From Amoebophrya sp. A120 (Eukaryota; Protista; Dinoflagellata): a stretch of DNA of 64,000 nucleotides. The notes below the pieces were generated by a model that saw only the letters and a program-made list of their open reading frames with translations, made no database searches and had not been told where the DNA came from. The position numbers and the translations under genes were made by a program. The DNA lies in the NCBI GenBank assembly GCA_905178155.1, contig CAJINV010000006.1, positions 626,398 through 690,397 on the forward strand, given 5' to 3'. Shown here in pieces: positions 37,738-49,351 of the stretch (position 1 is the stretch's first letter; the number at the start of each line of letters is the position of its first letter).

Positions 37738-40118
37738 CGCGGCTGCCGCTGCAGCTTCAGAACCCGGCGGCACTCCGTCCGGGTTCAGGGCAGTAGGGAA
37801 TTGATTCTCACCCTCGGGTGAGTTTCTTTTCTCCCACCCACCCACACCTACGTACTGACTCGAGAGTGCGATCTCAAGTAGAGACGAGGGAGCGAATGCA
37901 GAGTCACTGCACAGGGGCAATGGTATTTTTTGTTGGCGCATAGGCCATGTTGACGGCACTAGGCGCAGCTGCAGCTGCGTATTTTTTGATAAAAATGCCC
38001 TCGCAAGAGTTTTGGGACAGGATACAGAAAATCGGGAAAGAAAATACGAAAAGCTACGACAGCCTCGCCTCCGCGTTCGGCGAGAAAGCAGTTGCTGCCG
38101 CAGCGAAAAAGGTCTGCGCCGCGGGGGGATTAGTCCCGGCAAAGTTTGTCGCGGGGTCGGCAGCTGTGCCAAAGCGTGTTTTTGCTGCACACGAGTCTGA
38201 CGGTGCTCGGAAAAACACGGAGTTGGACCGCATCGCAGAGGTGCGTGCGGCGGCAGCTTCGAAGGACAGCCAGGCGGTGGCCCCCGCTCCAAAGAAGCGG
38301 CCCTCGCTGAAATCGAGTCCAGATGCCGCTTCTCGCGAGAAGAAGAAGCCGGCTGGCGGTTCTCCAAGGGCACTGCGCCGCAGTGCTTCTCCGCAAAAGC
38401 GGCCTGTTTCCGCGCAAGGTGGACCTCGTGCCATGGTGGACCCACTGGCGCCTTGGGAGCAGCTGCAGTACGGGTCCAGCGCTTGGGCGCAGCGCGAAGA
38501 ACTCGCGATGAGGAAGCTCCAGACAGGTTCGTGGAGGCTGAAGACGCCGCTGGCCTCTCAGCCGAAACAGAAGGGAGCGGCGCCAGTAGCGCAGGGGGGC
38601 GACTGCGTCGTTGCAGTCCCAAAGGCGGTTACTAGCCGGGGGCCGAAGATGTCAGCAAAGCTGCACAACGCCCTCACGATAATCCGCGATCCGAAGCAGT
38701 TGCAGGCTGCAGAGGAGAAGCTTGCGGGGCTGGTCGACAACTCCGCGCGGCGCGCGTCGGAGGACTCGATCATGCGGCGGTATTTGACTATGGCACAGGA
38801 GTTGCCCTACCCGATCGGGTCCTTCGCCAGCCTGAAGGCGGTCATTGCGGTTAGCCTGGAGGCGGACTACAGTACCGTCAGCCAGTCGGTACGGATCGCG
38901 ATGGCCTCACCGCTCGCATCGCTGAGTNCGCGGCTGCCGCTGCAGCTTCAGAACCCGGCGGCACTCCGTCCGGGTTCAGGGCAGTAGGGAATTGATTCTC
39001 ACCCTCGGGTGAGTTTCTTTTCTCCCACCCACCCACACCTACGTACTGACTCGAGAGTGCGATCTCAAGTAGAGACGAGGGAGCGAATGCAGAGTCACTG
39101 CACAGGGGCAATGGTATTTTTTGTTGGCGCATAGGCCATGTTGACGGCACTAGGCGCAGCTGCAGCTGCGTATTTTTTGATAAAAATGCCCTCGCAAGAG
39201 TTTTGGGACAGGATACAGAAAATCGGGAAAGAAAATACGAAAAGCTACGACAGCCTCGCCTCCGCGTTCGGCGAGAAAGCAGTTGCTGCCGCAGCGAAAA
39301 AGGTCTGCGCCGCGGGGGGATTAGTCCCGGCAAAGTTTGTCGCGGGGTCGGCAGCTGTGCCAAAGCGTGTTTTTGCTGCACACGAGTCTGACGGTGCTCG
39401 GAAAAACACGGAGTTGGACCGCATCGCAGAGGTGCGTGCGGCGGCAGCTTCGAAGGACAGCCAGGCGGTGGCCCCCGCTCCAAAGAAGCGGCCCTCGCTG
39501 AAATCGAGTCCAGATGCCGCTTCTCGCGAGAAGAAGAAGCCGGCTGGCGGTTCTCCAAGGGCACTGCGCCGCAGTGCTTCTCCGCAAAAGCGGCCTGTTT
39601 CCGCGCAAGGTGGACCTCGTGCCATGGTGGACCCACTGGCGCCTTGGGAGCAGCTGCAGTACGGGTCCAGCGCTTGGGCGCAGCGCGAAGAACTCGCGAT
39701 GAGGAAGCTCCAGACAGGTTCGTGGAGGCTGAAGACGCCGCTGGCCTCTCAGCCGAAACAGAAGGGAGCGGCGCCAGTAGCGCAGGGGGGCGACTGCGTC
39801 GTTGCAGTCCCAAAGGCGGTTACTAGCCGGGGGCCGAAGATGTCAGCAAAGCTGCACAACGCCCTCACGATAATCCGCGATCCGAAGCAGTTGCAGGCTG
39901 CAGAGGAGAAGCTTGCGGGGCTGGTCGACAACTCCGCGCGGCGCGCGTCGGAGGACTCGATCATGCGGCGGTATTTGACTATGGCACAGGAGTTGCCCTA
40001 CCCGATCGGGTCCTTCGCCAGCCTGAAGGCGGTCATTGCGGTTAGCCTGGAGGCGGACTACAGTACCGTCAGCCAGTCGGTACGGATCGCGATGGCCTCA
40101 CCGCTCGCATCGCTGAGT
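37738..40118. repeat. Apparently exact 1190-bp tandem duplication separated by one N (probable assembly artefact)
   Basis: 37738-38927 repeats at 38929-40118; N at 38928; identical ORF translations offset by 1191. Confidence 0.9.
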
Positions 40119-40345
40119 GACTTTGAAGTCGACCAGCTGAACGCAATGCTGCGCACGTTGAAGCGGCGCGGGGCGACAGATCGCCCGAAGCAGAAGGTCC
40201 CGCTGACAATCGTCAGTATCGCGGACGCGTACAACGCGGGGCGGATCAGCAGGAAAGAACGGGCGGTGCTTTGCATCGCGTTCTGGGGGGCTTTGCGCAA
40301 GTCCGAAGTTCTGCTCCTTGACACTTCGGGGCAGAACATGAAGGG
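39138..40345 (+). pseudogene. Truncated tyrosine recombinase (DIRS/Crypton-like) ORF
   Basis: ..RPKQKVPLT..ERAVLCIAFWGALRKSEVLLL matches integrase box I; downstream HxxR and catalytic Tyr not found; ORF runs into the AT-rich array. Confidence 0.7.
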
Positions 40346-40860
40346 GAAAAATGTGGCACAGAACCCTCAAAAATTCACCATTTATGGCAAAAGTGGATAC
40401 ATACCGTATAGCGTTGCGTGGACTTTTTATCAAGTGGATTAAATTACTTGCAACGTGCGTGGTAATTCCCCATTTTATCGAACTTGAGAAATTGAAAAAA
40501 TTGCTATGTGGTGCAGAACCCTAAAAAGTGCAGAATTCAATATATAGACGACATGCGTTCCACATAGATATGGTATCTGGCAGTATGTACTTGAACAAAT
40601 TTGGCCAATGGCTGCAATTCCTGCCCGATTTTGCAAAATTCCAGAATTTTGAAAAAATGAAAAACTGTGTTTATAATGTAAAAGCTCCAGCTTAGGGCTG
40701 ATAATATTATTAACTGATCTGGTTAGGATGATTCTTAATCCTGCATCTTTGTGCTGAAACGGATTTCATGAGTGATTGAAGATTTCTTAACATTTTGGAA
40801 AATTTTAAAATTTTCCACATTTTCTAAATGTGGTGCATACGTTCCAATGCCTGGGGAAAA
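40346..40860. repeat. Degenerate ~155-bp tandem array, right part
   Basis: atgtgg..cagaaccct at 40351 and 40506; same unit type as 36900-37568. Confidence 0.65.
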
Positions 40861-42229
40861 TGACCACTGGGGGTCGTTTTCCTCTATGGATTTTGCGTTC
40901 ATTCCGATCGACAAGGATCGACCAGCCCCATGGTGGTAGTCTGCTCTAGAGGCATAAAGAGTGTGCCTTGGACGGGCCTCGGGCCTATAGCTATGCGCCC
41001 TCTTTTTGTCCACTGTGACGAACCAAAGCCGCCGCACTGGTTTCTAGGCTCTGCTCCGAAGAATCTCAAAGTAGTGACGCCCAGCGATCGGCATGCGGTT
41101 TTGCGGCCCTCCTTATTGCGGGGGTGTATTTAAGCCGGCCGCGCTCTTTCTTTTGCCCTGCGCGCCTTGTCACCGGCCCGCGTTTTGTTTCCGTGGACCA
41201 CGGGCGCGACGCCCCGCGGCAACGGGTCGCGCCCATATCTTCGGAGGCGCGCAAAGTGCGGGGTCACCCGGGCCGCCGGTACTGTAGCGGCGCCCACCGC
41301 TCCGACGCGCACCCGGGTGCCGATCGCCTTCCGGCGATACGCGATGGTGCGAGGCCGCGGTGGACGATTGAGCGTGCGCGAGGGCGCGCGGGGCTCGGCC
41401 AACCGCTCGGGGGACAGACGTCGACCCAGGCGGAGGCGCCACGGTGCTTCTTTCCATTGCCCTACTCGCTGTGATGAAGTCCCGCGCCAAGGTAGCCGCA
41501 TAATCCCGGGCAACAGTTTGGAAGTGCATCGAAAAGCAGGTGGCCGGCTCGCAGGGGTGCCAGAGCTACTTGCTTATCTCTTCAACATCTGTTGTATCAG
41601 CATCGAGTCTTCGTTCGCACATTAAACGTCCTTTTCATACAAGACTTTCAATACCTGGTGACAAGAGCACGCACTTATCTGAAAACAGGATGTGCTTGCA
41701 CAAATATTCTCAGTTCGCTATGCTACAGTGCTTATTTTCAAACTTCCCTTTGGGATTTTCGTTTTCAATATAAAATCGATTCAGCATCCTCGTTTCGATC
41801 ACCGGACACAACTGCGCCTAGTGCTGTTTTTGTTCTTGTTTCCGTGTGTCCCCTCGTCGCGTAATCATTGAGACGTGATTTATTTCCGTTGCAAATTCGC
41901 TTTCAAATCTTCAAACGCACGTATTTGAAGCCATGCCGAGGGGAAAGAAGGAGAGAGAGCGAGCAAACGAAAAAGGCAAACGTGCGCGAGAAGAGAGAAA
42001 CAAAACGCCACTCGTTGAAAAAAAGGCAGCTGGAACAAAATCAAATTTGCAATGACTTGGAAAGGGGAGGAACGACACAGCTCCTTCTAGTGCTGTTCAT
42101 TTGAATCAGATTCGATAGTTGAAAGCAATTAGGACATCCTGCTAGCTTCGTCGAATTTTTCATCACAGAGTCGTATAATTCTCGTTTAAAATTTTCAAGA
42201 AAAGTCGGAAAACAAGCGAATCTGCGACG

Positions 42230-45200
42230 ATGGATCAACACAGTACTGCACAACAAACCTCGCCGCAGCAGCCGCAGCTGCCGACGTTTCTGAAGGCCGT
42301 TTCCAAGAATCGCAACAACTTGACCACCGGGATTCTGTTTCAACAACAGCAGCCGCAGGGGAGCGGGAATGGGAGCAACAGCGGCAATAATAACAGTGCG
42401 ACCACTTTCAACGGAGACCAGTACAACAACGGAGGCAAGCGGCAAAAGATCGCCTCTGAAAATGGCGTGTCCGCGGTCTTCCCAACCAGCGCAACGAAAA
42501 TTCTAGCAAACAATGGGCCGCAAGTGGTACAAGGATGGAGATATTTTATCGCCTTTTCTCATGCTGAGACTTCTTTTTGCATGTCTATTCTATCGGCCAA
42601 GTTGTGTCATGCAGAAAAAGAAGTTGCAACTAGCAACCCCCAAGAACTACAAGAGAGAACAACTTAATCAAAAAACAAAACAGCACACGTCCAACAGCAT
42701 CCCGCAGTCGCAAATTACGAACAATTCCGGAGTCTCGCCCGCCGTCCAGGCCCAGGAATTTAGTTTTCTGCGGTTTTTACGCTCCACCTTCACCTCGGTC
42801 ACCGGGGGTTCTTCTGTGGCGGGGGAAAACAACAACTACAGCCTGAGCCAGCAATCCACGCAGAGTGCCGGTACAACTTCCTCGTACCACCGCGGGGGCA
42901 ACTTTGGAAATGGGAGTGACCGCACGTCTCCGGTGAAGAAGGGGTTCTCTTCGCCTGCAAAAAATACCTCTCCGGCCAAGAACAAAAACACGCAGCAGCA
43001 GCAAGGTGGTTCCGCCGTGAAGCGCAGTTTGATCTTTTCGACAAGGAATTCGAAGTCCAACTCACCGAAGAAACAGATTGGCAGCCAAGGCGCCTCTTCA
43101 AGCACCTACTCCGACAACTCGAACGGGACAACGGTCACCACGGCGAGCACCAGTTTCAACACGACTAGCAATTATGACGGAGCTGCTACAGTGGGATCTT
43201 CGCAACAACTGAACTCTTCTTACCACGAGTCCGACTTCGCCGCGGGTGGCGGGTCCGCGCAGATGCAGACGCCGTTATGAGAGTGCACAATTCCCCCTCC
43301 CCCTCATTTGTGTTGCATACACAGGAATACAAACACCAGCACGCGTGGAGCCAGTGCATGACAAATTCACTCGCCTAGTGTAGTACTGTTTGGGCTTTTG
43401 GAATCTGTCATGCAAACAGTGCCACAGGGAAGCACTTTGGTTTGGGGTTTTGCATGACAAAGGAGGGGGAAGTGGAGTTGTGGACTCTCATAGCCGTCGA
43501 AAAACAACCAAAAAAGCATCGACAAGCACGTTTTTCAGACGCCGAACAAATCGCCGGCGGGGCGAAGAAGCATGCTGGACGGCTGCGTACCGCACCGGAA
43601 CAATCGGGATCAGAATAGCAGTACAACTACTGCGCAAAACAACAATACGGTGACGCCGAAGAAGTTGCCGTCGTACGAAAATAGCAATTATACCGGGTCG
43701 AACAACAACTATGCGAGTAGTGGTGGCAACGTCGCCCACGAGGAGAGGAGCAGCAGTACCAACTTCCAGCATGAGAAGCCTTCTTCCGGCGCTTCTGGAA
43801 CAGCTACGGCAGCGGACAATCGGAAGTGGATTTTGGACGAGCAGTCGGGGACGTTGATCGAGGTGTTCGGGGCGGGAAGTAGTACTAGTCAGGGACTGAA
43901 ACGTGGCTCGCCGTATGATGAAGCGGAGAAGATCCGGAATAATTCTGCCAGTAGAGCTGCTCTAGTACCGGCAACCTACAACGCGGCTTCTTCATCTACT
44001 TCCTCTGCAGAAGCGAATTTGAAATTCACCACCCCCATGAAGGACAAAGAAGAGGATTCGCTCACAGCACAGCACGGGAGTAACGCGGTGCCGAAAAAAT
44101 CTCCACAGCCGGAAAAATCGCCGCAGCAAACGGCTTATCAAATGTAAAAGTGTCTGGGTCTCGAAACTTGTAATGCTGAGTTGTGAATGGTGAACTCTCT
44201 GTAATGCACAACCAAGCATGACAAGTATTTGCGCTGCTTAGTGTTGGGCTTTCCGCATGACAAACTGCGTTTAGCATGACAAACAAAAGTACGTGTCTCT
44301 TCTTGGACACGCATCACAAACTCTTCAGTCATGCCAGACAAGCATGATAAACCTTGCATCCTCCCAGACCCAGACACTTTTGCAATCCATACGGCTTCGT
44401 TGAAGAAAGCGAGATCGATGGCGACCGAGGTGAGTCTGGACGACATTTTGGAAGAGGCGATGAATTTCAAAAAAGAACCCTTTGTCTTCTCCGCGAACGG
44501 CCGACGGAGCTGGGTCGGGGGGAACAACAGTAACGGCGGGGAGAAAGGAGACACAGCCTCCAAAAACCCGAAGCCAAAACGACGGGCTTTGGCGGATAAG
44601 ACCAACGTGGTCGCCGTGCAGAAGGAGCTGTTTGCGAAGGCGCAGCAGTTGGGAGGCGCGTTCTCCTCGTCGAAGCAGAATGGTACTATGTTGTACAAAA
44701 CCACTTATGTTTGGTTGTTTCGGAGGCTTTGAGATGTGATGACAGTACAACTACGTGTGATGCAAAATCGTGCATGAAAACATATTTTGTGAGGCTGAAG
44801 GGCATTGGCACCTAATTCTTTCTCCCCTAAAACCAGATCCGTCGAAACAAGCCGCGAAGCCGACCAGCGCGACCCGCATCGCCAACGACCCAACCATATC
44901 ACACAGAAAAAAGCAGGCAGGTCAGATCTGTAATGCGAAAATGAGTAGACACTAAACTCTGTATAGCGTGTCCTAAACAGCATGCTATGCAGTTGCCCAT
45001 GACAAATTTTTCTGCGTATGTAGTTTTGCATTACAGATATGCCCTGCGTTCTTTTTTATGGGGGATACACCACCCCACCGTTAACCGAGAATCTGGTGGC
45101 GAAAGACACGGCAATCATTTTGGATATGGCGTTCTCAACTGTTACATTCTCAACTGTTGCATGAATTTGCGATGCAAGAACGGCAAAAGCAAAAGGGGCG

Positions 45201-48200
45201 ACCTTGCGCGTCTAGCATGACAGATTTGGCACAGATTCCCAGCCTATTTGGCTCTTCGAGAATTTGTCATGCGAAGCAGCTTGATCGTATCAAGTCTAAT
45301 TGTGATTTTGCATGACAAATCATGTCACAGTTGAGAGTGTAACAGTTGCGAGCGCCATACTGGATTGGGATGACACGCTCTTTCCTACCACGATGCTAAA
45401 AATGCAGGTCCCGCCGCAGTACGTTTCTACCCCCAACGGGGTCCGGCAGGCCCCGGTGAACGAGGAATTTGACAGTTATTGTCTGAATGTCCTGGGCCCC
45501 ATGGTGATCAAGTTTTTGGAGGACTTGGTCGCGAAGGTGGACCGGATTGACCAGGCGAATAGTAGTACCAGTACATCAACTACTTCTGCGGTCGGGAACA
45601 GCAGCAAGCAAGAAAAACACGACAAGACCAAAAAATCCTCTTTCCACAGCCTCCGCTTTTCCATCATCACCAACGCGATGCCAGACTGGGTTATCACACG
45701 GAAAAAGCAGGCAGGGCACATTTGTAATGCGAGAACTAATCGACAGAAAAATCTGTCATGGGCGAGAGTCCACAGCATGCTGCTTCGGATACGGAAAACA
45801 GATTCAGTCTATTTGTTTTGGCATTACAAATGTACTGCCCTGGTCTGCTGTTTTCTGGGGGATATGGGTCCAGGCTTGCGTGGAGCGATACTACCCGAAG
45901 CGGATGAAGGACTTGCTGGAGGTGATTGACTATCCTCTGCGGACGTATCGTACTTACTAATTCATTGCAGCGCAGCATGAAAAATCTGGCCTCGTGTACC
46001 TCATTTGGCATTAGAGATTGAATTTGTCCTCCCCAAATTTGCGATGCAGTTTCTTCTAGTGCGATGCTTTTGCAATGCATAGCGCCGTTTTGTCCGCCCG
46101 GGAAAAGTACTTTGGCTACAAAACCGGACAAACCAACACGTACATGGACGCGGCGGATCCGTTGAAGTGGAATATCCTGTGCAAGAACGTCCCCACGACT
46201 CCAGAGTTGTCATGCAAATGCGCTATGCTATGAACATTTGTAATGCGCAGGTCCATGAGAGGCATTTCCAACCGTGTTTTGGAATTTGTAATGTTGTAAA
46301 CAGGATGAGAAAAAATTGGCTTTCTCATGCGGCTTCCCTTGCCAGCCAGCACTTCGCTTCTTAGAGACACTTGTCACGCGCAGCTCCTAAAACTTGGAGA
46401 TTTGTGTTGCTGGACTCCCAACTTGATTCTGAGGTGGGGACGTTTTTGCAAAGGATATTGAAAGTGTTTACGTTTGGCGGCTGGTTGGGCGACCGGATTC
46501 GGGAAGGGTCGATGGGGAAAGGTATAATTTGTACGATAGTTGTGTTGCATAACACTATGCATAAGGACAAGTAAGGGCAAGGTCAGTGGGAATTTTTTTG
46601 TTATGCGGAGCTTTGAAAGCTGAGTGATAATTTGTCGTGTCTAGTGCTATCGCAAACTAAAAACCACAGACTACCACCTTATCGTTGCCGGTGACAGTCC
46701 GACGGATATTGCCGCTGGTCACGCAATGAAACAGGCGAAAGAGGACGGTCCGAGCTACGTGACTTCGGTATAGAGATGTTTTTGGTTGGAACAGTTTGGT
46801 TTCTATTGCTGGTACATGACTACAAGAGATGAGGTTGTTGTTGCTGAGTGGCGCATGACAGTAACTAAACGTGGATCCTGCTCGTCAAATACGATCAGAC
46901 AATATGTAATAGAGATGATCATCCACGACTGAAATTCTGATGGAAAGCAATGCTCAAAATTGTAAAACGCGCCAAGACTTCATCTATACGAGTAGTTACT
47001 AATTATCATGATGACAGCATACCAAACTTCTGGCTAGAATCTTGTGTGAAAGCACGGGTTCGGGCCACGAGCAATACAAATTGGTTCAGCATTACAAATC
47101 AAATTTGTGATGCGGATTTCCATTAGGAAAAAGATTTGTCATGCATAACTGCAATCCTCAGATGCAATTAGCTATCATGATGACAGCATACCAAATTTCT
47201 GGCTAGAATCTTGTGCGAACTCGCACGGGTTTTCTGTGCCGAAGAATCAAATGTAACTTTTCTGCCTGAAACATATCAAAACGAAATTTCTGATGCTGGA
47301 TTTGCGTACCCAAATCCGATTTATCTTGCAGTAAGGCAGCGCAGCCAGATCCTCGCTGGGTCTAGTTGTTTAGCATTACACACGGCTGTCCCCTAGGCGC
47401 AACAGCATGCCAAATCGCTTCCATAATGGCGCGGAAGCGTCTGCGCTTGTCTTCTTGCAAGACAGACGTGATTCGTGGTCTCAAATCAGCAAGGCAAATT
47501 TGCGGAAACATATTTTCCCGCTCTGGCTAGAATCTTGTGCAAAAGCACGGGTTTTCTGTGCCCAAGAATCAAATGTAACTTTTCTGCCTGACACAGCGCT
47601 TTACACACATTGAAATCTTCGCAAAAAGAGGATCTGAAGCAAATCTAAATCGTTCAAAAAACGAAGCGTATTATTGGCTTTTTTCAACATGAGGAAAATA
47701 TACCCATTTCTCGCGAGCTTGTCGCAGACCTGCGATGCGCGCAAGAAAAACAATGTAACTTTTCTGTCTGAGAAGCCGCAAGAAATTAGGGGGCCATGCG
47801 TGATCAATGTCGCGGGTGAAGAAGATGATGCGAATCGCGTCGTGGGGGCACATTTAGTAGGAAAAAAGGCTGAATTTGAAAGGAAATGAAAGGGAGCAAC
47901 GATCTTGCAATCCGGCTTGTCAGGCGTACGGTCGGGCATTGCTTGGCGGGGTAGAGGAAAAGATGTTGTTCTGCTACTGAAATATGCAGCATCCATCTGC
48001 TTCACGTGAAAATCAGGTTGCCTTCACCGCCCGCCCCTCCACCCGGATGCTCTCGACCCAGTTGAGGCGGTTTGAAACGGACTTCAATCTGTTCCTGCAA
48101 CTCAAATTCGGGCTGGGCGTCTCCATGTGGCTGGTTTTTCCCGATATGCATTGCAAAAGTATCGTACTATAATTTCTAGTGTAAATGGCATTCCAAATTT

Positions 48201-49351
48201 GCTCAGCATGAAAGCTGGAACTTGTCATTGTGTTTTTCCTTAAGAACAAGACTTGTCATGCAATATTGCAACTAGTACGAGGGCGCGATACGTTTGCACA
48301 GGATACCCGATGGGAACTTGCAAAACCAGCGAATCGCGGAACTCCACGGGTTGCAGGATGCGGAAACGGTGTTGAGTTTGCCGAAGATTGGGAGTGGGAA
48401 TGTGAAGACGTTTTCGCAACTGTACTTGGAGCAGACGGGGGATTGGGTGGAGGACGTACAGTTTTTTTGGCGACATTTTCGCATTACAGATTTGTTTCGT
48501 CTACTGGAGAATGCATAACAGATTCTTCAAAACATGATGACCAACTGTTTTAATCCACGTCCTCTGAGATGGAAAATCGATGAGGATGCGAAAACAATTG
48601 GAAGCTGATAGGACTGACAGGATTTATGATCAGGTGCTACTTGGCACAATGAAAGTAGGCTCTGTAAGAACTCTGGGAAAACCAGAAGCATGAGAAGTTT
48701 TTATCCATGATGACCAATGTTGTAATCCATGTCCTCTGAGCGGCTTCCACGAGCCATCTGAAGACAAAACAATTTGAAAGCTGATAGGGCTGATAAGTAT
48801 TTGTCGTGCAAGGAGCTCTAAAACTGAATCACTTTGATTTCTGTAGACACAATCTCCGCTATACCTACCTACAGGCCGTCGCCCTGGAACCGCAGAAGAA
48901 AGCTGCAACCGGGGCTGATTTAGATCCGATGTACTACAACGGGATCAACGCTGGCTACGAGGACTATTCCCCGTTTTCCAATGGCGTTCCGCAAGACAAG
49001 TACAATCGCGCTAGCAACCCGCGGGTCCCGCTCTTGAGCAGTAGCATGACAAACAACCTCTCAACTTCCTCCAAAAACCAGCGAGTGATCGGTTTGTTTG
49101 AAGAGCAGAAGCCGGTCCATCAATTCCGGAAGGATCATTTACTGATGAACGCGGAGGGGCAGAACGTCACTGCGGATATCGAAAGCATGAACGCCCGGAT
49201 GGAGTTGCAGAAACCGAGTCCGCACAACTTTCTGTACTTAATCCATCCGGAGGAATTCGCCTACGCGGAATCGCTGGAAATGATCATTTCCAGTCGGAAA
49301 GCGTTAGCCGCGATGCAACAGGCCAGGTTGCGGGCGATGCAACACCAATAG
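42230..49351 (+). CDS. HAD-superfamily protein (DWDDT type, alveolate HAD-domain ookinete protein-like) with a long Ser/Asn/Gln-rich N-terminus
   Basis: Spliced: TAIILDWDDTLFPT..SIITNAMPDWVQAC..VLSAREKY..DPLKWKVFTF..LIVAGDSPTD..VAFTARPSTRMLSTQL; 8 TIR elements plus several GT-AG introns. Confidence 0.8.
43276..43492. mobile_element. Family J introner
   Basis: tatgagagtgcacaattcccc...gagttgtggactctcata; DR gccgt. Confidence 0.88.
44136..44391. mobile_element. Family A introner
   Basis: A TIR; DR cggct. Confidence 0.9.
44897..45067. mobile_element. Family E introner
   Basis: E TIR; DR aacca/cacca. Confidence 0.85.
45125..45359. mobile_element. Family H introner
   Basis: tatggcgttctcaactgttacattctcaactg...cagttgagagtgtaacagttgcgagcgccata; DR ttgga/ctgga; splits HAD motif I. 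Confidence 0.9.
45692..45864. mobile_element. Family E introner
   Basis: E TIR; DR tgggt. Confidence 0.88.
45931..46081. mobile_element. Diverged family D introner
   Basis: D TIR; DR decayed (ttgac/gcgcc) but removing element +5 nt restores the frame. Confidence 0.78.
46173..46457. mobile_element. Family C introner
   Basis: C TIR; DR tggaa/ttgaa. Confidence 0.88.
47177..47269 (+). ncRNA. Intronic box C/D snoRNA (partial copies at ~47008 and ~47523-47591)
   Basis: ATGATGA..CTGA; D guide gtaacttttctg is complementary to the conserved LSU rRNA sequence CAGAAAAGUUAC. Confidence 0.7.
47689..47771 (+). ncRNA. Intronic box C/D snoRNA, paralog of 47177
   Basis: ATGAGGA..atgtaacttttctgtCTGA. Confidence 0.65.
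48145..48305. mobile_element. Family D introner
   Basis: D TIR; DR cccga. Confidence 0.88.
48534..48608 (+). ncRNA. Intronic box C/D snoRNA, copy 1 (target not recognised)
   Basis: C ATGATGA, D' CTGA, C' TGAGGA, D CTGA; boxes and guides conserved in copy 2. Confidence 0.6.
48707..48784 (+). ncRNA. Intronic box C/D snoRNA, copy 2
   Basis: ATGATGAccaa..taatccatgtcctCTGA..TGAAGA..aaacaatttgaaagCTGA. Confidence 0.6.

Noticed and set aside
37640-37805. RSLLGCLRF as a DIRS reverse transcriptase/RNase H remnant
   Set aside because: Only a short resemblance, bounded by stop codons; not supportable without a profile search.
37738-40118. Two tandem recombinase genes
   Set aside because: The 1190-bp copies look identical and are separated by a single N, typical of an unmerged contig overlap; treated as one copy unless long reads show otherwise.
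40735-41037. HSYR in a minus-strand ORF as the missing HxxR of the recombinase
   Set aside because: It is on the opposite strand, lacks the usual following Gly/Ala context and has no recognisable catalytic Tyr region.
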